Both the position numbers and the translations under genes were made by a program. A stretch of 61,958 nt of DNA, taken from contig JAFCFT010000004.1 of the NCBI GenBank assembly GCA_017608505.1, positions 1-61,958 of the forward strand, in the 5' to 3' direction. The stretch is from Candidatus Parvarchaeota archaeon. Its GTDB lineage: Archaea; Nanobdellota; Nanobdellia; WJKC01. Positions 1 through 10,386 of this stretch are shown piece after piece (positions within the stretch are counted from its first letter, which is position 1; each line of letters begins with the position of its first letter). Below the pieces are notes generated by a model that saw only the letters and a list, made by a program, of their open reading frames with translations, searched no databases and was not told the origin of the DNA.

Positions 1-1
1 T

Positions 2-1207
2 CCAGAAGACTTGCAAATTATAAAGTATAAAAACAAATATTACATAACAGTGCCTGATAAGACTCTTTCTTCAGAAGATTACTTATTTGGCGTTGCAGTG
101 AATGTAGATGGGAAAGTCTGCTTTGACGATGACGGACAAGCTTTTGGAGGGCGAGGACACATTAATGTGTTTTATTGGGATTCAAAAGGACATGTAGAGG
201 TAATGCCTGTAGGTCATGAATGCGTAGGCATGCAGTACGACATCGATCTTAAAAATGGAGAAATCAGGAAAGTAAAAAATGTAAAGGATGTAAACATGAT
301 CATAAATATAATTAATAATTTTCAAATAAAAACATATGGAGAAGATTTGGAAATTATAGTGCCAGTAATAAGTCGGCAATACATGAGATTTATACAAGAC
401 GCGTATGACAATTTATTAATAAAAGTGTCAAGATCGCTTAAGTCGCTTAACCAAGACATTGTACAAAGCATGTATAAAGTGTTTTTTAAGAATGGCAGGA
501 TTGAAGAAGCTCGTAAATTAAAGGAGCGGTCTGAAATAGATCCTAATAAAAGGAATTTGTATTTGTATCTTAAAAGGGAAATAAACGGGCTTGAAGAGAT
601 AATAAGTAAAGATGCAAGCAAGGAAGAAATTGTGCAAGCAGGGTATGAAGCATTCTTTAAAAAAGGAAGGATTAATAAAGCTCATGAATTAAGATGGTGG
701 TCTGGAATTGAGCCTAATAAAAGGAACTTGTATTTGTATCTTAAAAATAAAATAAGTTGGCTTGAAGAGTTAATAAGCGAGGATGCAAAGGAAGAGATTG
801 TGCAGGCAGGATATAATATATTCTTCAAGACAGGCAGAATTAACGAGGCTCACAAATTGAATGAGTGGTCTAAAAAGAAAGAATATAAAACATTAACTGA
901 AATGCTTAGAGAAGTAATATGTTACTTAAGTAAGAATATAACAATAAGCATGTATGAAAATAACACATATAGAGATAAGTTAAAAAGATTCTTAAACGTG
1001 CCCGTTGAACATGTTATAGAAGGAAGCTATATCGTTTATACCTTTTTAAAATACGATCTTAAATGGTATGAGGAGCGTAAAGCAAAGAATATTTTTAAAA
1101 AAGCAGTGAAATACGCAATAGAAAAAACCAAAGAGGTATACTCTATGCTTAAAGAAGCATACGAACCAATTAAAGACTGCTACAGATTATGCCATAAAAG
1201 GAAGTAA
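2..1207 (+). CDS. Hypothetical protein with about 57-aa internal repeats (probably 5'-partial)
   Basis: Frame is open to the window edge; PNKRNLYLYLK...EEIVQAGY..FFK.GRIN repeats with a 171-bp period. Confidence 0.75.
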   Translation, partial: PEDLQIIKYKNKYYITVPDKTLSSEDYLFGVAVNVDGKVCFDDDGQAFGGRGHINVFYWDSKGHVEVMPVGHECVGMQYDIDLKNGEIRKVKNVKDVNMIINIINNFQIKTYGEDLEIIVPVISRQYMRFIQDAYDNLLIKVSRSLKSLNQDIVQSMYKVFFKNGRIEEARKLKERSEIDPNKRNLYLYLKREINGLEEIISKDASKEEIVQAGYEAFFKKGRINKAHELRWWSGIEPNKRNLYLYLKNKISWLEELISEDAKEEIVQAGYNIFFKTGRINEAHKLNEWSKKKEYKTLTEMLREVICYLSKNITISMYENNTYRDKLKRFLNVPVEHVIEGSYIVYTFLKYDLKWYEERKAKNIFKKAVKYAIEKTKEVYSMLKEAYEPIKDCYRLCHKRK

Positions 1208-1235
1208 AGAAGCTTGTGATCTGCTTGGGATAGCG

Positions 1236-1643
1236 ATGACATTTGGAGATTATAAAATTGAAGATTTAGAAAAGAGGCTAGAACAAACAAAAACAGTTAA
1301 TATAGAGTATATGAAAACAATGTTCAACAACATAATTCATAAAATTGAGTGGTGTATGGGAATATCAAAAATCAAGCAAATATTCCCAAAGCGAAAAATC
1401 AAGCAAATATTCCCAAAGCGCACAATAAGAGAATATGTTGAAAAATCCCTTTACATTGGGTGCGTCTGCTGTTATGCATTTAATGATCCAAGATTTATCG
1501 CATTGCCCATATTTATAGGTATGTGTTCATTCGGAAAGGACATGCATAAAAAGATTCTTATTTACAAAACAAAGAAAAAAAATCCTATTGCAGCCAGTAA
1601 CTTAAAGAAATTAAAAAAGAAATTAAAAGCTTTGAAAAATTAG
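1236..1643 (+). CDS. Hypothetical membrane protein
   Basis: 135-aa ORF with a hydrophobic centre and a KIKQIFPKR duplication. Confidence 0.6.
   Translation: MTFGDYKIEDLEKRLEQTKTVNIEYMKTMFNNIIHKIEWCMGISKIKQIFPKRKIKQIFPKRTIREYVEKSLYIGCVCCYAFNDPRFIALPIFIGMCSFGKDMHKKILIYKTKKKNPIAASNLKKLKKKLKALKN
1367..1420 (+). repeat. Perfect 27-bp tandem duplication
   Basis: aaaaatcaagcaaatattcccaaagcg x2, in frame. Confidence 0.95.
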
Positions 1644-1765
1644 GCATAAAATTTGACTACCCTCGCGGCGCACTTGGTCCTCGAGGCGACGCAATAAATG
1701 AGCTTCTTTTAAGGATGATTTAAGAGTAATCTTTATAAATCGCGTTTAAATCACTCTTATTCTAT

Positions 1766-2158
1766 ATGATAAGAAGATGCAAAAAAAGCAGGAAAAAGAG
1801 GGGGCAGGAAAGCCACTCTGGATTGCGAAGGCGCGGAGCAGGAAACAGGGGAGGCAGAGGAAACGCTGGAATGGGAAAGAAAAGCGGAAGCCAGAAAAAA
1901 ACAAAGCTTTTGGCAATGGGCTTAAAGCTTGGAAAGCGCGGGTTTAAAAATCCTACTAGCAAACCTCAAAAAATCATTAATGTTGGAGAATTAGAAAAGC
2001 ATGCGCAAAAAGGTGCTGTAAATACTGTTAAATTAGGATATCACAAAGTTGGCGGCAAAGGCGAGCTTAAAAGCAGCCTTAAAGTAATAGCCAAAGCCTT
2101 TACTAAAAAAGCCTTAGAAAAAATAAAGAAAGTTAAAGGAGAAGCAGTAGTGATGTAA
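1766..2158 (+). CDS. rpl15: 50S ribosomal protein uL15
   Basis: RGAGNRGGRGNAG motif; directly upstream of secY; TTTATAAA at 1732. Confidence 0.93.
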   Translation: MIRRCKKSRKKRGQESHSGLRRRGAGNRGGRGNAGMGKKSGSQKKTKLLAMGLKLGKRGFKNPTSKPQKIINVGELEKHAQKGAVNTVKLGYHKVGGKGELKSSLKVIAKAFTKKALEKIKKVKGEAVVM

Positions 2159-2160
2159 CC

Positions 2161-3546
2161 TTGAAAGTCGAAATAGACAAATTATTGGACAATCTGCCAG
2201 AAGTTGAACATCCTAAGAAAAAGCTGCCTTTTAATGAGAAGTTAATGTGGACTGGCGCAGCGCTGGTCATATATTATGTACTTTCGCTTATCCCTTTGTA
2301 CGGGCTTGACCCAAATTATCAAGCGCGTTTCGAGACTTTAAGCATACTTTTAGCAGCGCAGTTTGGCTCTGTAATTAGTCTTGGAATCGGACCTATTGTC
2401 ACTGCAAGCATAATTTTGCAGTTGCTTGTTGGAGCAGAAGTGCTAAAAATTGACACTAACACGCATGCTGGAAGAAAAACATTCCAAGGTTTGCAAAAAT
2501 TATTCAGCATACTCTTCATAGTTGGAGAAAATGCGCTATATGTATTAAGCGGGGCTCTTCCTGCATCGCCTGGCTTGGCATGGCTTATGATCATCCAGCT
2601 TGTTGCTGGCGGACTTATAGTTATGTTCTTAGATGAAGTAGTAAGTAAATGGGGCATTGGCTCTGGAATAAGTTTGTTTATTGCAGCAGGCGTGTGCAGG
2701 CAAATATTTGTAAATGCATTAAATCCCTTGCCAGACCCTGTGAATCCAATGCTAAGCAGCGGATCTTTAATTAAAAGTTTTCAGTTAATACTTCAAGGAA
2801 TTCCTCAAGCAGCACTTTGGCCTTTAATTGCGGTTGGCGCAACAATCCTTGTGTTTGCAGTAAGCATTTATGTGCAGTCAATAAAAGTTGAGATACCGCT
2901 AAGTTTTGGCAGAGTAAGAGGGTTTTCATTTAGGTGGCCTTTAAAATTTGTGTACACGTCCAACATGCCTGTTATATTTACTGCAGCATTAATTGCAAGC
3001 ATGCAGTTTTGGGGATTAAGCCTTTATAGAATGGGAATACCAATACTTGGCACATACGAAAAAGTAACTGTTGCAGGCAGACTGCAGGAAGTCCCGAAAA
3101 CAGGGCTTGTCAGATATTTAAATCCTCCATCAATCCGCGATATTTTATTGCAAGGCATGCTTCCAGAATACTCGCTAAGTATTCTCATATACTCAGCATT
3201 CATGATAATAGGGGCAGTGCTATTCAGCCTTCTTTGGATTAATGTTGGAGGGCAAGGAGCCGAAAGCGTGGCTGAGCAAATACTTTCCTCAGGACTGCGC
3301 ATACCAGGATTTAGGGCAGACAAGCGCATACTAGAGAAGCTGTTAAAGCGCTACATTATGCCGCTAACAATTCTTGGAGGAGCAACAGTAGGGGCTTTAG
3401 CAGTCATAGCAGACCTTTTTGGTGCGCTAAGCCGCGGTACAGGAATACTTTTAACAGTCATGATAATATATCAATTTTATGAAGAAGTCTATAGAAGGCA
3501 TTATAACGAACTGCCAGAAGGCGTGAAAAAGTTCTTGAAGAAATAA
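2161..3546 (+). CDS. secY: Preprotein translocase SecY
   Basis: LGIGPIVTASII, KWGIGSGISLFI, IPGFR motifs; multiple TM segments. Confidence 0.98.
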   Translation: MKVEIDKLLDNLPEVEHPKKKLPFNEKLMWTGAALVIYYVLSLIPLYGLDPNYQARFETLSILLAAQFGSVISLGIGPIVTASIILQLLVGAEVLKIDTNTHAGRKTFQGLQKLFSILFIVGENALYVLSGALPASPGLAWLMIIQLVAGGLIVMFLDEVVSKWGIGSGISLFIAAGVCRQIFVNALNPLPDPVNPMLSSGSLIKSFQLILQGIPQAALWPLIAVGATILVFAVSIYVQSIKVEIPLSFGRVRGFSFRWPLKFVYTSNMPVIFTAALIASMQFWGLSLYRMGIPILGTYEKVTVAGRLQEVPKTGLVRYLNPPSIRDILLQGMLPEYSLSILIYSAFMIIGAVLFSLLWINVGGQGAESVAEQILSSGLRIPGFRADKRILEKLLKRYIMPLTILGGATVGALAVIADLFGALSRGTGILLTVMIIYQFYEEVYRRHYNELPEGVKKFLKK

Positions 3547-3619
3547 ATGTAGTATTGATAATTATATAATTTCATAATAACAATACTTAAATATACAGAT
3601 AAAAATCAATCATTTAGCA

Positions 3620-5518
3620 ATGAGTGATACTGTAAATATACAAGAAATTTACGAAAGCACAATTAAAGATGGTCAAATAGAACAATTCATATATTTGATG
3701 AATAAAACAAACATTAAACCTAATGAATATGTTCTGCAAAATGGCTGCAAAGAGTTAATTGCAAATGGACAAGTTAAGAAGCTTGAAGATTTGATAAATG
3801 CAGTAAATATAAAAATTGATGAATCTACTGTGCAGGAAGGTTACAAAGGATTATTTGAAAATGGACGAATTTGGTGTCTTAAAGACATAATAGAAATCCT
3901 TAAAATTAAACCTAGCGAGCACATTGTACAAAATAAATACAAAACTTTGGTTAAAGAAGGCAGAATAAAGGAATTTGAGGAATTGATAGAATACACTGGT
4001 GTTTTGCCGAAAGATAATATTGCATGCATGGCTTATAAAGTGCTAGTTAATGAAGAAAATGAAGAGGGAATTAAGAGTTTAATGAGATATGTTAAGCCAG
4101 ATAAACAAATCATGCAAGAAAAGTATGGAACGCTGATTAGAGAAGGGCGATTAAAAAAGCTTAAAAAATTGATAAAAATTACTGGCGTTGGAGTTGAAGA
4201 AGGCGTTGCAAAAAGAGGGTATGAAACATACATTAGGAATGGAAAAATAAAAAAGCTTAAAAAATTAATGAAGATTTGCGGGTTTGGGATTGAAGAAAAT
4301 GTTGTGCAAAAAAGTTATGAAAAATTAATTAATGAAGGAAAGATAAGGGAATTTAAGAAACTAAAAAAGATTGCTAAAATTAAGCCTAAAGAGAATATAG
4401 TCCAGAAAGGATACGAAGCAATGGTTTGGAAAGAGGATGCAAAGAACCTTAAAAGATTAAAAAGAATCACTAAAATTGAGCTTGACGTGCCTGAGGACAT
4501 TGTGCAGAAAAAATATGAAGTATTGATTAAAAAAATGGATAAGAGCAAGCTTAAAGGCATAATGAAAATAACCAATACAAAACCTAATGAAGAAACTGTG
4601 CAAAAGGGTTGTGAAGAACTAATTGCAAAATGTCAAATAAAAGAACTTAAAAAAATAATGAAGAAATATAAAATCAAACCAAATAGAGATTTCTTGCAAA
4701 AAAAGTACAAATCATTAATTGAATCGTATTGGGGAAATGGCATAATTTCTCTGGAAAAATTAGTAAAAGCAACCAAAATTATGCCAGAACTGCCTGAAAA
4801 TGTAGTGCAAGACGCATACAAAAGAGTAATTGACAATGGATGGGTGCGCGATGTCTGGCACTTGAAAAAAGGCACTGGAATCGAACCTAAAGAAGAGATT
4901 GTGCAAGAAGGGTATAAAAAATATATGCAAGAAGGAGACATGTGGCATCTTGAAGAATTAATTAGAATCACTGGTGTTGAACTTAAAGTGCCTGAAGAAG
5001 ACATAGTGCAAGAAGGTTGTGAAAAATTAATTGGCAAAGGAGAGATAAGAAATCTTAAAAAATTAATGAAGATTTCAGGCGTGAAACTTAAAGAAGATAC
5101 CATTAAAAGAGGGTATAAAGGATTAATAAAACTCGTCAAAAAAGGAAGTTTGTATGAAAACAGAAGTTCTTTAATAAGAAAACTCAAGCGTTTAATAAAT
5201 AGAACTCAAATTACGCCAGAAAGAGACGATGCGCTTGAGGGATGCTATGATTTAATTCTAGAAGGCATGATAAAAGAATTCAAAAAATTAAAAAAAGTTA
5301 CTAAAGTCGAGCTTGAAAAAGACAATACGCAATACATATATAAAACGCTAATTAAAGAAGGGCGATTAAAAAAGCTTAAAAAACTGGCAAAAATTTCTGG
5401 CATTGAACTTGACAGTGAAATCATGTGGGAGGCGTACAAAGACTACTTAAGGAAAGAAAAAAAGAGAAAAGCTAACAAATTGTTTAAGATATATTTAAAA
5501 TCGTGCAACAGGAAATAA
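3620..5518 (+). CDS. Lys-rich helical tandem-repeat protein
   Basis: About 19 repeats of 32-34 aa, consensus near E.IVQ.GY..LI.EG.IK.LKKL.KITGI.P. Confidence 0.85.
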   Translation: MSDTVNIQEIYESTIKDGQIEQFIYLMNKTNIKPNEYVLQNGCKELIANGQVKKLEDLINAVNIKIDESTVQEGYKGLFENGRIWCLKDIIEILKIKPSEHIVQNKYKTLVKEGRIKEFEELIEYTGVLPKDNIACMAYKVLVNEENEEGIKSLMRYVKPDKQIMQEKYGTLIREGRLKKLKKLIKITGVGVEEGVAKRGYETYIRNGKIKKLKKLMKICGFGIEENVVQKSYEKLINEGKIREFKKLKKIAKIKPKENIVQKGYEAMVWKEDAKNLKRLKRITKIELDVPEDIVQKKYEVLIKKMDKSKLKGIMKITNTKPNEETVQKGCEELIAKCQIKELKKIMKKYKIKPNRDFLQKKYKSLIESYWGNGIISLEKLVKATKIMPELPENVVQDAYKRVIDNGWVRDVWHLKKGTGIEPKEEIVQEGYKKYMQEGDMWHLEELIRITGVELKVPEEDIVQEGCEKLIGKGEIRNLKKLMKISGVKLKEDTIKRGYKGLIKLVKKGSLYENRSSLIRKLKRLINRTQITPERDDALEGCYDLILEGMIKEFKKLKKVTKVELEKDNTQYIYKTLIKEGRLKKLKKLAKISGIELDSEIMWEAYKDYLRKEKKRKANKLFKIYLKSCNRK

Positions 5519-5560
5519 GAGCAGAAACATTTAAAAACACACTTTATATATTCTTTTCGT

Positions 5561-6013
5561 ATGGCAGATCCATGGGTTTTAGGGTCGTTAATCCTGATAA
5601 CATTCGGGGTAAGCTTAGCAACGCAGCTTGTAAACTACAAGTTAATAGATCAAAAAGTAATGAGGCAGTACAAAAAAAGACTAAAAGAAATTCAAGTTGA
5701 AATAAGAAAAATAAAAGACCGCAAAAAAATTGTAAAACTGCAAGAAGAATTAATGGATATTAACTCAAAAATGATGAAGCTAAGCTTTAAGCCGTTAATG
5801 ATAACAATGGCTCCGTTATGGATTATGTTTTTTCTTCTGCAAAGCATATATCAGCCTTATGGCGACTTAATACAACTTCCAATTAATTTGCCTTTGTTTG
5901 GCACAGCAATAAGCTGGCTTGGCACATACATAATATTCAGCTTGTTATTTTCAGCAATATTAAGACCTTTAATAACAAAAGTTGGTGAAAAATATGCTAG
6001 AAAAAAAGAATAA
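5561..6013 (+). CDS. DUF106 / EMC3-TMCO1 (Oxa1 superfamily) membrane protein
   Basis: TM, coiled coil, SFKPLMIT, WLGTYI; usual position between secY and eL34. Confidence 0.88.
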   Translation: MADPWVLGSLILITFGVSLATQLVNYKLIDQKVMRQYKKRLKEIQVEIRKIKDRKKIVKLQEELMDINSKMMKLSFKPLMITMAPLWIMFFLLQSIYQPYGDLIQLPINLPLFGTAISWLGTYIIFSLLFSAILRPLITKVGEKYARKKE

Positions 6014-6074
6014 AAAAGGGGGAGTCGAGAGGGGTAAAACCCCTTCGAATAACAAAAGTTGGTGAAAAATATGC
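5971..6074. repeat. 27-bp direct repeat flanking a 50-bp insert with a GC hairpin
   Basis: aataacaaaagttggtgaaaaatatgc at 5971-5997 and 6048-6074; aggggt-aaa-acccct hairpin between. Confidence 0.9.
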
Positions 6075-6379
6075 CAAAACCAAGCGATAGGACTACAAAA
6101 AGGAGAAGAACGTTTAAGCGCCTTCCAGGGGGAAAGACTGTAAAAAGAGTAAAGGGAAAAATGAAAGGCAAGGCGAGATGCGGCAAGTGCGGAGCAGAGT
6201 TGCACGGCATTCCAAGAGATACAAGAAAACTTTCAAAAAGCGAGAAAACAGTAAATAGGCCGTATGGAGGCCACTACTGCAGCAGATGTCTAAGAGAAAA
6301 AATAAAAGAAAAGATTAAAAGCTTAGGCGAGAGGCTAGCACAAGTCGCTCAGGAGTCCCAACATCCACCCACTTCTTAA
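6071..6379 (+). CDS. rpl34e: 50S ribosomal protein eL34
   Basis: RLPGGK, CGKCG, SEKTVNRPYGG, CSRC; GGTGA SD before ATG 6071. Confidence 0.95.
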   Translation: MPKPSDRTTKRRRTFKRLPGGKTVKRVKGKMKGKARCGKCGAELHGIPRDTRKLSKSEKTVNRPYGGHYCSRCLREKIKEKIKSLGERLAQVAQESQHPPTS

Positions 6380-6998
6380 CTTTAATTATTCCAAAATAAT
6401 ATCCTTTGTCGATTAGATGTTGGATGCTCTCTGTCAGCTCGTACTCGCCTCTGGAGGAAGGACGGGTTTTTTCTATGGCATCAAATATTTCTACAGGAAG
6501 CAAGTATATGCCAGCATTAATGAGATTTGACGGTGGATTGCTGACTTTTTCATGAATTTTCTTTACTCTTCCATCAATTAGTTCAATAACGCCGTAATCG
6601 CGCGGATTTTGTTCTTCTTTCACTACAATAACGCCTGCACATGGATTGGTTAAAACTTTGTCAATTATTTTAGGGTCATAGTGCAAATCCCCATATATGA
6701 GCAAAAAGCGGCTGCTAATTAAGTTCTTAACAAGACCCAACGCATGCGCAGTGCCTAACTGCTCTTTTTGAACAACATATCTAATTTTTAAGCCTTTGTA
6801 CTTGTCTTTGAAATAGTTCATGATTGCTTCTTTTTTGTATCCGACAACAATGATGGCTTCTGAGACTTTGCCAACAAGACTGTCTAGGATCCATTCAAGA
6901 ATTGGTTTCCCTTTTAATTCAATCATAACTTTTGGAACATTCTTAGACAACTCCCCCATCCTTCTTCCATTACCTCCAGCAAGGATAACAGCTTTCAT
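6315..6998 (-). CDS. Sugar-phosphate nucleotidyltransferase
   Basis: AVILAGG.G.R, PK, QLGTAHA, EK, GEYELTE, W.DVG. Confidence 0.92.
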   Translation of the reverse strand: MKAVILAGGNGRRMGELSKNVPKVMIELKGKPILEWILDSLVGKVSEAIIVVGYKKEAIMNYFKDKYKGLKIRYVVQKEQLGTAHALGLVKNLISSRFLLIYGDLHYDPKIIDKVLTNPCAGVIVVKEEQNPRDYGVIELIDGRVKKIHEKVSNPPSNLINAGIYLLPVEIFDAIEKTRPSSRGEYELTESIQHLIDKGYYFGIIKVKKWVDVGTPERLVLASRLSF

Positions 6999-8262
6999 AT
7001 TTCACCTCCTCAATTATTGATTCCTCCAAGCCACTGACAGACTCAACATGAAATCTAATTATATCTTCAGTATTTGAAGGCCTAATAGTAAAGTAGTGGT
7101 CTCTGTATTCGAACTTTACCCCGTCAATATCAGATATTAATTTAGCAAGTTCGTTGGTCTTTACAAAGTTGCAAACATAGTTCATAAATGCATCTTTGTT
7201 TGGAACGTCCAATTTTTCTTTGCGCACATGGATTTTTGGCAGACTGTTAACTAGTTCGCTTAAATTTTTATTAAGAGCCAAACCAGCAATTATTGCTGAA
7301 AATAAAGTTCCGCTACTGCACCATGCATGATGCGGGTCTGTGTAGTGACCTGAAGACTCTGAGCCAAAAGGGTTGCATTCTTTGCATTTGCAAAGAACGC
7401 TTTTAAGGCACTCTTGAATATACGGGTCGCCAACTTTAGAGTAAATAACATTGCCGCATGTCTCAAGCACTAATGAGGAATCTATGCTGGCTATCACTGG
7501 GCCGCCATAAACTCTTGCAATAAGGCATGATATGTGATTTGGGTCCACATAATTGCCATTTTCATCAACAACTAAAACCCTGTCAGCATCGTAGTCAAAA
7601 GCCATGCCAAGGCAGGCGCCTAATTCAATGACTTTATTAGATAATTCCAAAAGATTTTCAGGATTTGGCTCAGAACCATTGGAGTTTATTTTATAGACGC
7701 TTGCATTAAGTTCTTTAAGTAAATAAGGAGCCATTGAAACCCCTCCTTTTAAGTCAAGAACGATTTTTTGCCCTTTAAGGTCTTTTTTAAAAAAATTAAA
7801 ATATCTTGCTTTAAGAGAATCAATGTAGTCTTTTTTTAGTCTTAATCGCTTGCGCTTTCCTTTAGAATTTAATGATTGCTCGCAATCGTCTGAAAAAAAC
7901 TTGTCTCGCAAATAATACAAGTCAGATGTCTTAAAACTTGACCCATCATCATAATTAAATTTAAATCCATCGTATTCATCGCTTAAGTGAGATGCTGTAA
8001 TCATGCAAGACGGTCTAACAAGCTTTTTAGAAGCAAAGGATACAAAATCAGTCGGCACAACTCCAAGATAATATGCTTTCATGCCTTGTGATTTTACTCC
8101 TTCAATAAACGCTTTGCATAATTTTCTAGAACTGCCTTTCTTGTCTCTTCCAACAATAACGTCGCCGTGTTTTCTTGCAAATATCTTTCCAAGCTTGCAA
8201 GCGTCTTCTTCAGATATTCCGGTTCCCCTTATGTCATACTTTTTAAATGACTCTTTTAGCAT
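6970..8262 (-). CDS. Phosphomannomutase/phosphoglucomutase
   Basis: YDIRG, ITASH, DYDADR, RPSNTE. Confidence 0.93.
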   Translation of the reverse strand: MLKESFKKYDIRGTGISEEDACKLGKIFARKHGDVIVGRDKKGSSRKLCKAFIEGVKSQGMKAYYLGVVPTDFVSFASKKLVRPSCMITASHLSDEYDGFKFNYDDGSSFKTSDLYYLRDKFFSDDCEQSLNSKGKRKRLRLKKDYIDSLKARYFNFFKKDLKGQKIVLDLKGGVSMAPYLLKELNASVYKINSNGSEPNPENLLELSNKVIELGACLGMAFDYDADRVLVVDENGNYVDPNHISCLIARVYGGPVIASIDSSLVLETCGNVIYSKVGDPYIQECLKSVLCKCKECNPFGSESSGHYTDPHHAWCSSGTLFSAIIAGLALNKNLSELVNSLPKIHVRKEKLDVPNKDAFMNYVCNFVKTNELAKLISDIDGVKFEYRDHYFTIRPSNTEDIIRFHVESVSGLEESIIEEVKYESCYPCWR

Positions 8263-8407
8263 TTCAATACTAAATAGAAAGTGTATATTAAAAACGATTT
8301 TTGAGAAAAAGGCAAGACCTTTAAAAATTTTCTTTTAGTGGTTTTAAATGTAAAATCAAAAACCAATAAAAAGTTTTTTATAATGGTATCTTTATAATAT
8401 AAATGAT

Positions 8408-9334
8408 ATGAAATACCTTATTGAGAAAACGCCAAAAGGAGTCTATGGAAAAGAAGTAAAAATTTTAGAATCAAAAGGATTTAAAGCAATATCACACCCA
8501 ATTAGACTTAAAATTTTAAAATTAATTAGTAAAGAACCAAGTTACCCAAACTTAATTGCTAAAAAATTAGGCGTCCATGAGCAAAAGATATACTATCATA
8601 TTGACAAATTAAGAGAAGCAGGGGTAATAAAAGTAGTAAAAGAAGAAGAAATAAAGGGCGCGTTGGCGCGTTATTACGGGCTCTCAAGCCACGCATTTGC
8701 ACTAGAATTTGATACAAAGCCAATTAAAATAAGCGGATTTGAAAAATTAAAAGAAAATCCAAAAATAGAGTCTTTTTTTAAAGAGTTCTTAGGCGAACAG
8801 TTCAATGGCCTAATTGTTGTTGGAAACCCATTGCCGCACGGTCCGAATAAAACTACATCAAGAGATGGGCATTATTCAGCGTATCTTGCAATGTTTTTAG
8901 GGCACTTTGCTGAATTAAGCGAAGAATTTAATGTTAGGCTTGACACAGATGTCATTAATGAAAAGAGGCTAAATGAAAACTTGATACTTATTGGCGGGCC
9001 TGGAACAAATTTAATAACTGAAAGAATAAATGATAAACTGCCTATTAAATTTAACAAGGAAAATTACTGGTCAAGTCTTGACGTGGATGGGATGAAGTTC
9101 ACAGATGACTCTTGCGGCCTGATTGCCAAGATTAAAAACCCATACAATACAAAAAAAGTAATAATTGTGCTTGCAGGACTAAGGGTTGTTGGCACAAAAG
9201 CATGCATAATAGGGTTAACAAAACAATTTGACGAAGTGCTTGACGCAAATACTCAGATACCGTTTGCAAGAGTTATCAAAGGATTTGACTTTGACGGTGA
9301 TGGAAAAATAGACGGCATAGAGGTACTCAAATGA
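8408..9334 (+). CDS. ArsR-type HTH regulator with a C-terminal domain
   Basis: AISHPIRLKIL...YYHIDKLREAG; C-terminal NLILIGGP. Confidence 0.8.
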   Translation: MKYLIEKTPKGVYGKEVKILESKGFKAISHPIRLKILKLISKEPSYPNLIAKKLGVHEQKIYYHIDKLREAGVIKVVKEEEIKGALARYYGLSSHAFALEFDTKPIKISGFEKLKENPKIESFFKEFLGEQFNGLIVVGNPLPHGPNKTTSRDGHYSAYLAMFLGHFAELSEEFNVRLDTDVINEKRLNENLILIGGPGTNLITERINDKLPIKFNKENYWSSLDVDGMKFTDDSCGLIAKIKNPYNTKKVIIVLAGLRVVGTKACIIGLTKQFDEVLDANTQIPFARVIKGFDFDGDGKIDGIEVLK

Positions 9335-10383
9335 AAATAATAAGTAGCGACTACAAAAAGGGATTTGTTAAATTGCTTATTACTAGCAATGAAGATTTGT
9401 GGGAGCTTTACAAAATAATTAATCCAAAAGACTTGGTAGTTTCAAAAACAACAAGACTTGTAAAAAAAGAGGATTCAAAAGAAGGCAAAAGAAAGCCAAT
9501 GACTTTAAAAATAATGGTTGAAAAAACTGCATGGACAGGCAATGAGTTAAGAGTGCTTGGAGTGATAGTCGAAGGCCCAGAAGATGTCCCAAAAGGAGCG
9601 CATCACTCAATAACACTAACTCTTGGCAGCCAACTTAAGTTAATTAAAGAGAGGTGGAACCCTTATGAACGCTCTGTAATAAACAGAAGCACTAAAACAG
9701 AAGAAAAAGCAATCATAATTACGCTGCTGGACTCAAAAGACAATCATCATGCAGTACTTAAAGGATTAAAAATAAAGCACATAAGTAGCGAATCCAGCAG
9801 GCTTCCAAGAAAAGATATGCCAAATTACGATTTAGAGCTTCGCAAGTTCTATGACAAAACAATAAATCAGTCAATAAATTTAATGAATGCTTACAAAGCA
9901 GAAGCAATAATATTTGCAGGTCCTGGATTTGCCCCAGAAGAAATTAAAAAAAGAATGGAAGAAACGCATCCCGAACTGCTTAAAAAATGCTACTTTACAA
10001 AAGCAAGCAGCGTATCAAAACCAGGCGTAAATGAGCTAATAAAGGGCGGTTTTATTAAAAAAATTAGAAAAGAATCAAGAATTGCCAAAGAAACAGAGCT
10101 GCTAAAAGAATTTTTCTTGCGCTTGAGAAAAGAAAAGCTTATAAGCTATGGGTTTAAAGATGTTAAATACGCATTAGAAAATGGAGCAGGAAACGTGCTC
10201 CTATTGAGTGAAGAACTGATAAGAGAATACAAATTAAGGAAAGAATTTAAAAAAATTGAAGACCTATTATATATTGCAGAGCAAAACAAGACAAAGATCG
10301 AATTCATAAGCAATAGTCACGAATTAGGCAAGCAATTTCATAAAATAGGAGGAATAGCTCTCTTATTAAGATATGAGGTATAA
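9331..10383 (+). CDS. pelA: Pelota ribosome rescue factor
   Basis: EDLWEL, LRVLG.I, G.HHS, AGPGF, GGIALLLRY. Confidence 0.93.
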   Translation: MKIISSDYKKGFVKLLITSNEDLWELYKIINPKDLVVSKTTRLVKKEDSKEGKRKPMTLKIMVEKTAWTGNELRVLGVIVEGPEDVPKGAHHSITLTLGSQLKLIKERWNPYERSVINRSTKTEEKAIIITLLDSKDNHHAVLKGLKIKHISSESSRLPRKDMPNYDLELRKFYDKTINQSINLMNAYKAEAIIFAGPGFAPEEIKKRMEETHPELLKKCYFTKASSVSKPGVNELIKGGFIKKIRKESRIAKETELLKEFFLRLRKEKLISYGFKDVKYALENGAGNVLLLSEELIREYKLRKEFKKIEDLLYIAEQNKTKIEFISNSHELGKQFHKIGGIALLLRYEV

Positions 10384-10386
10384 AAT

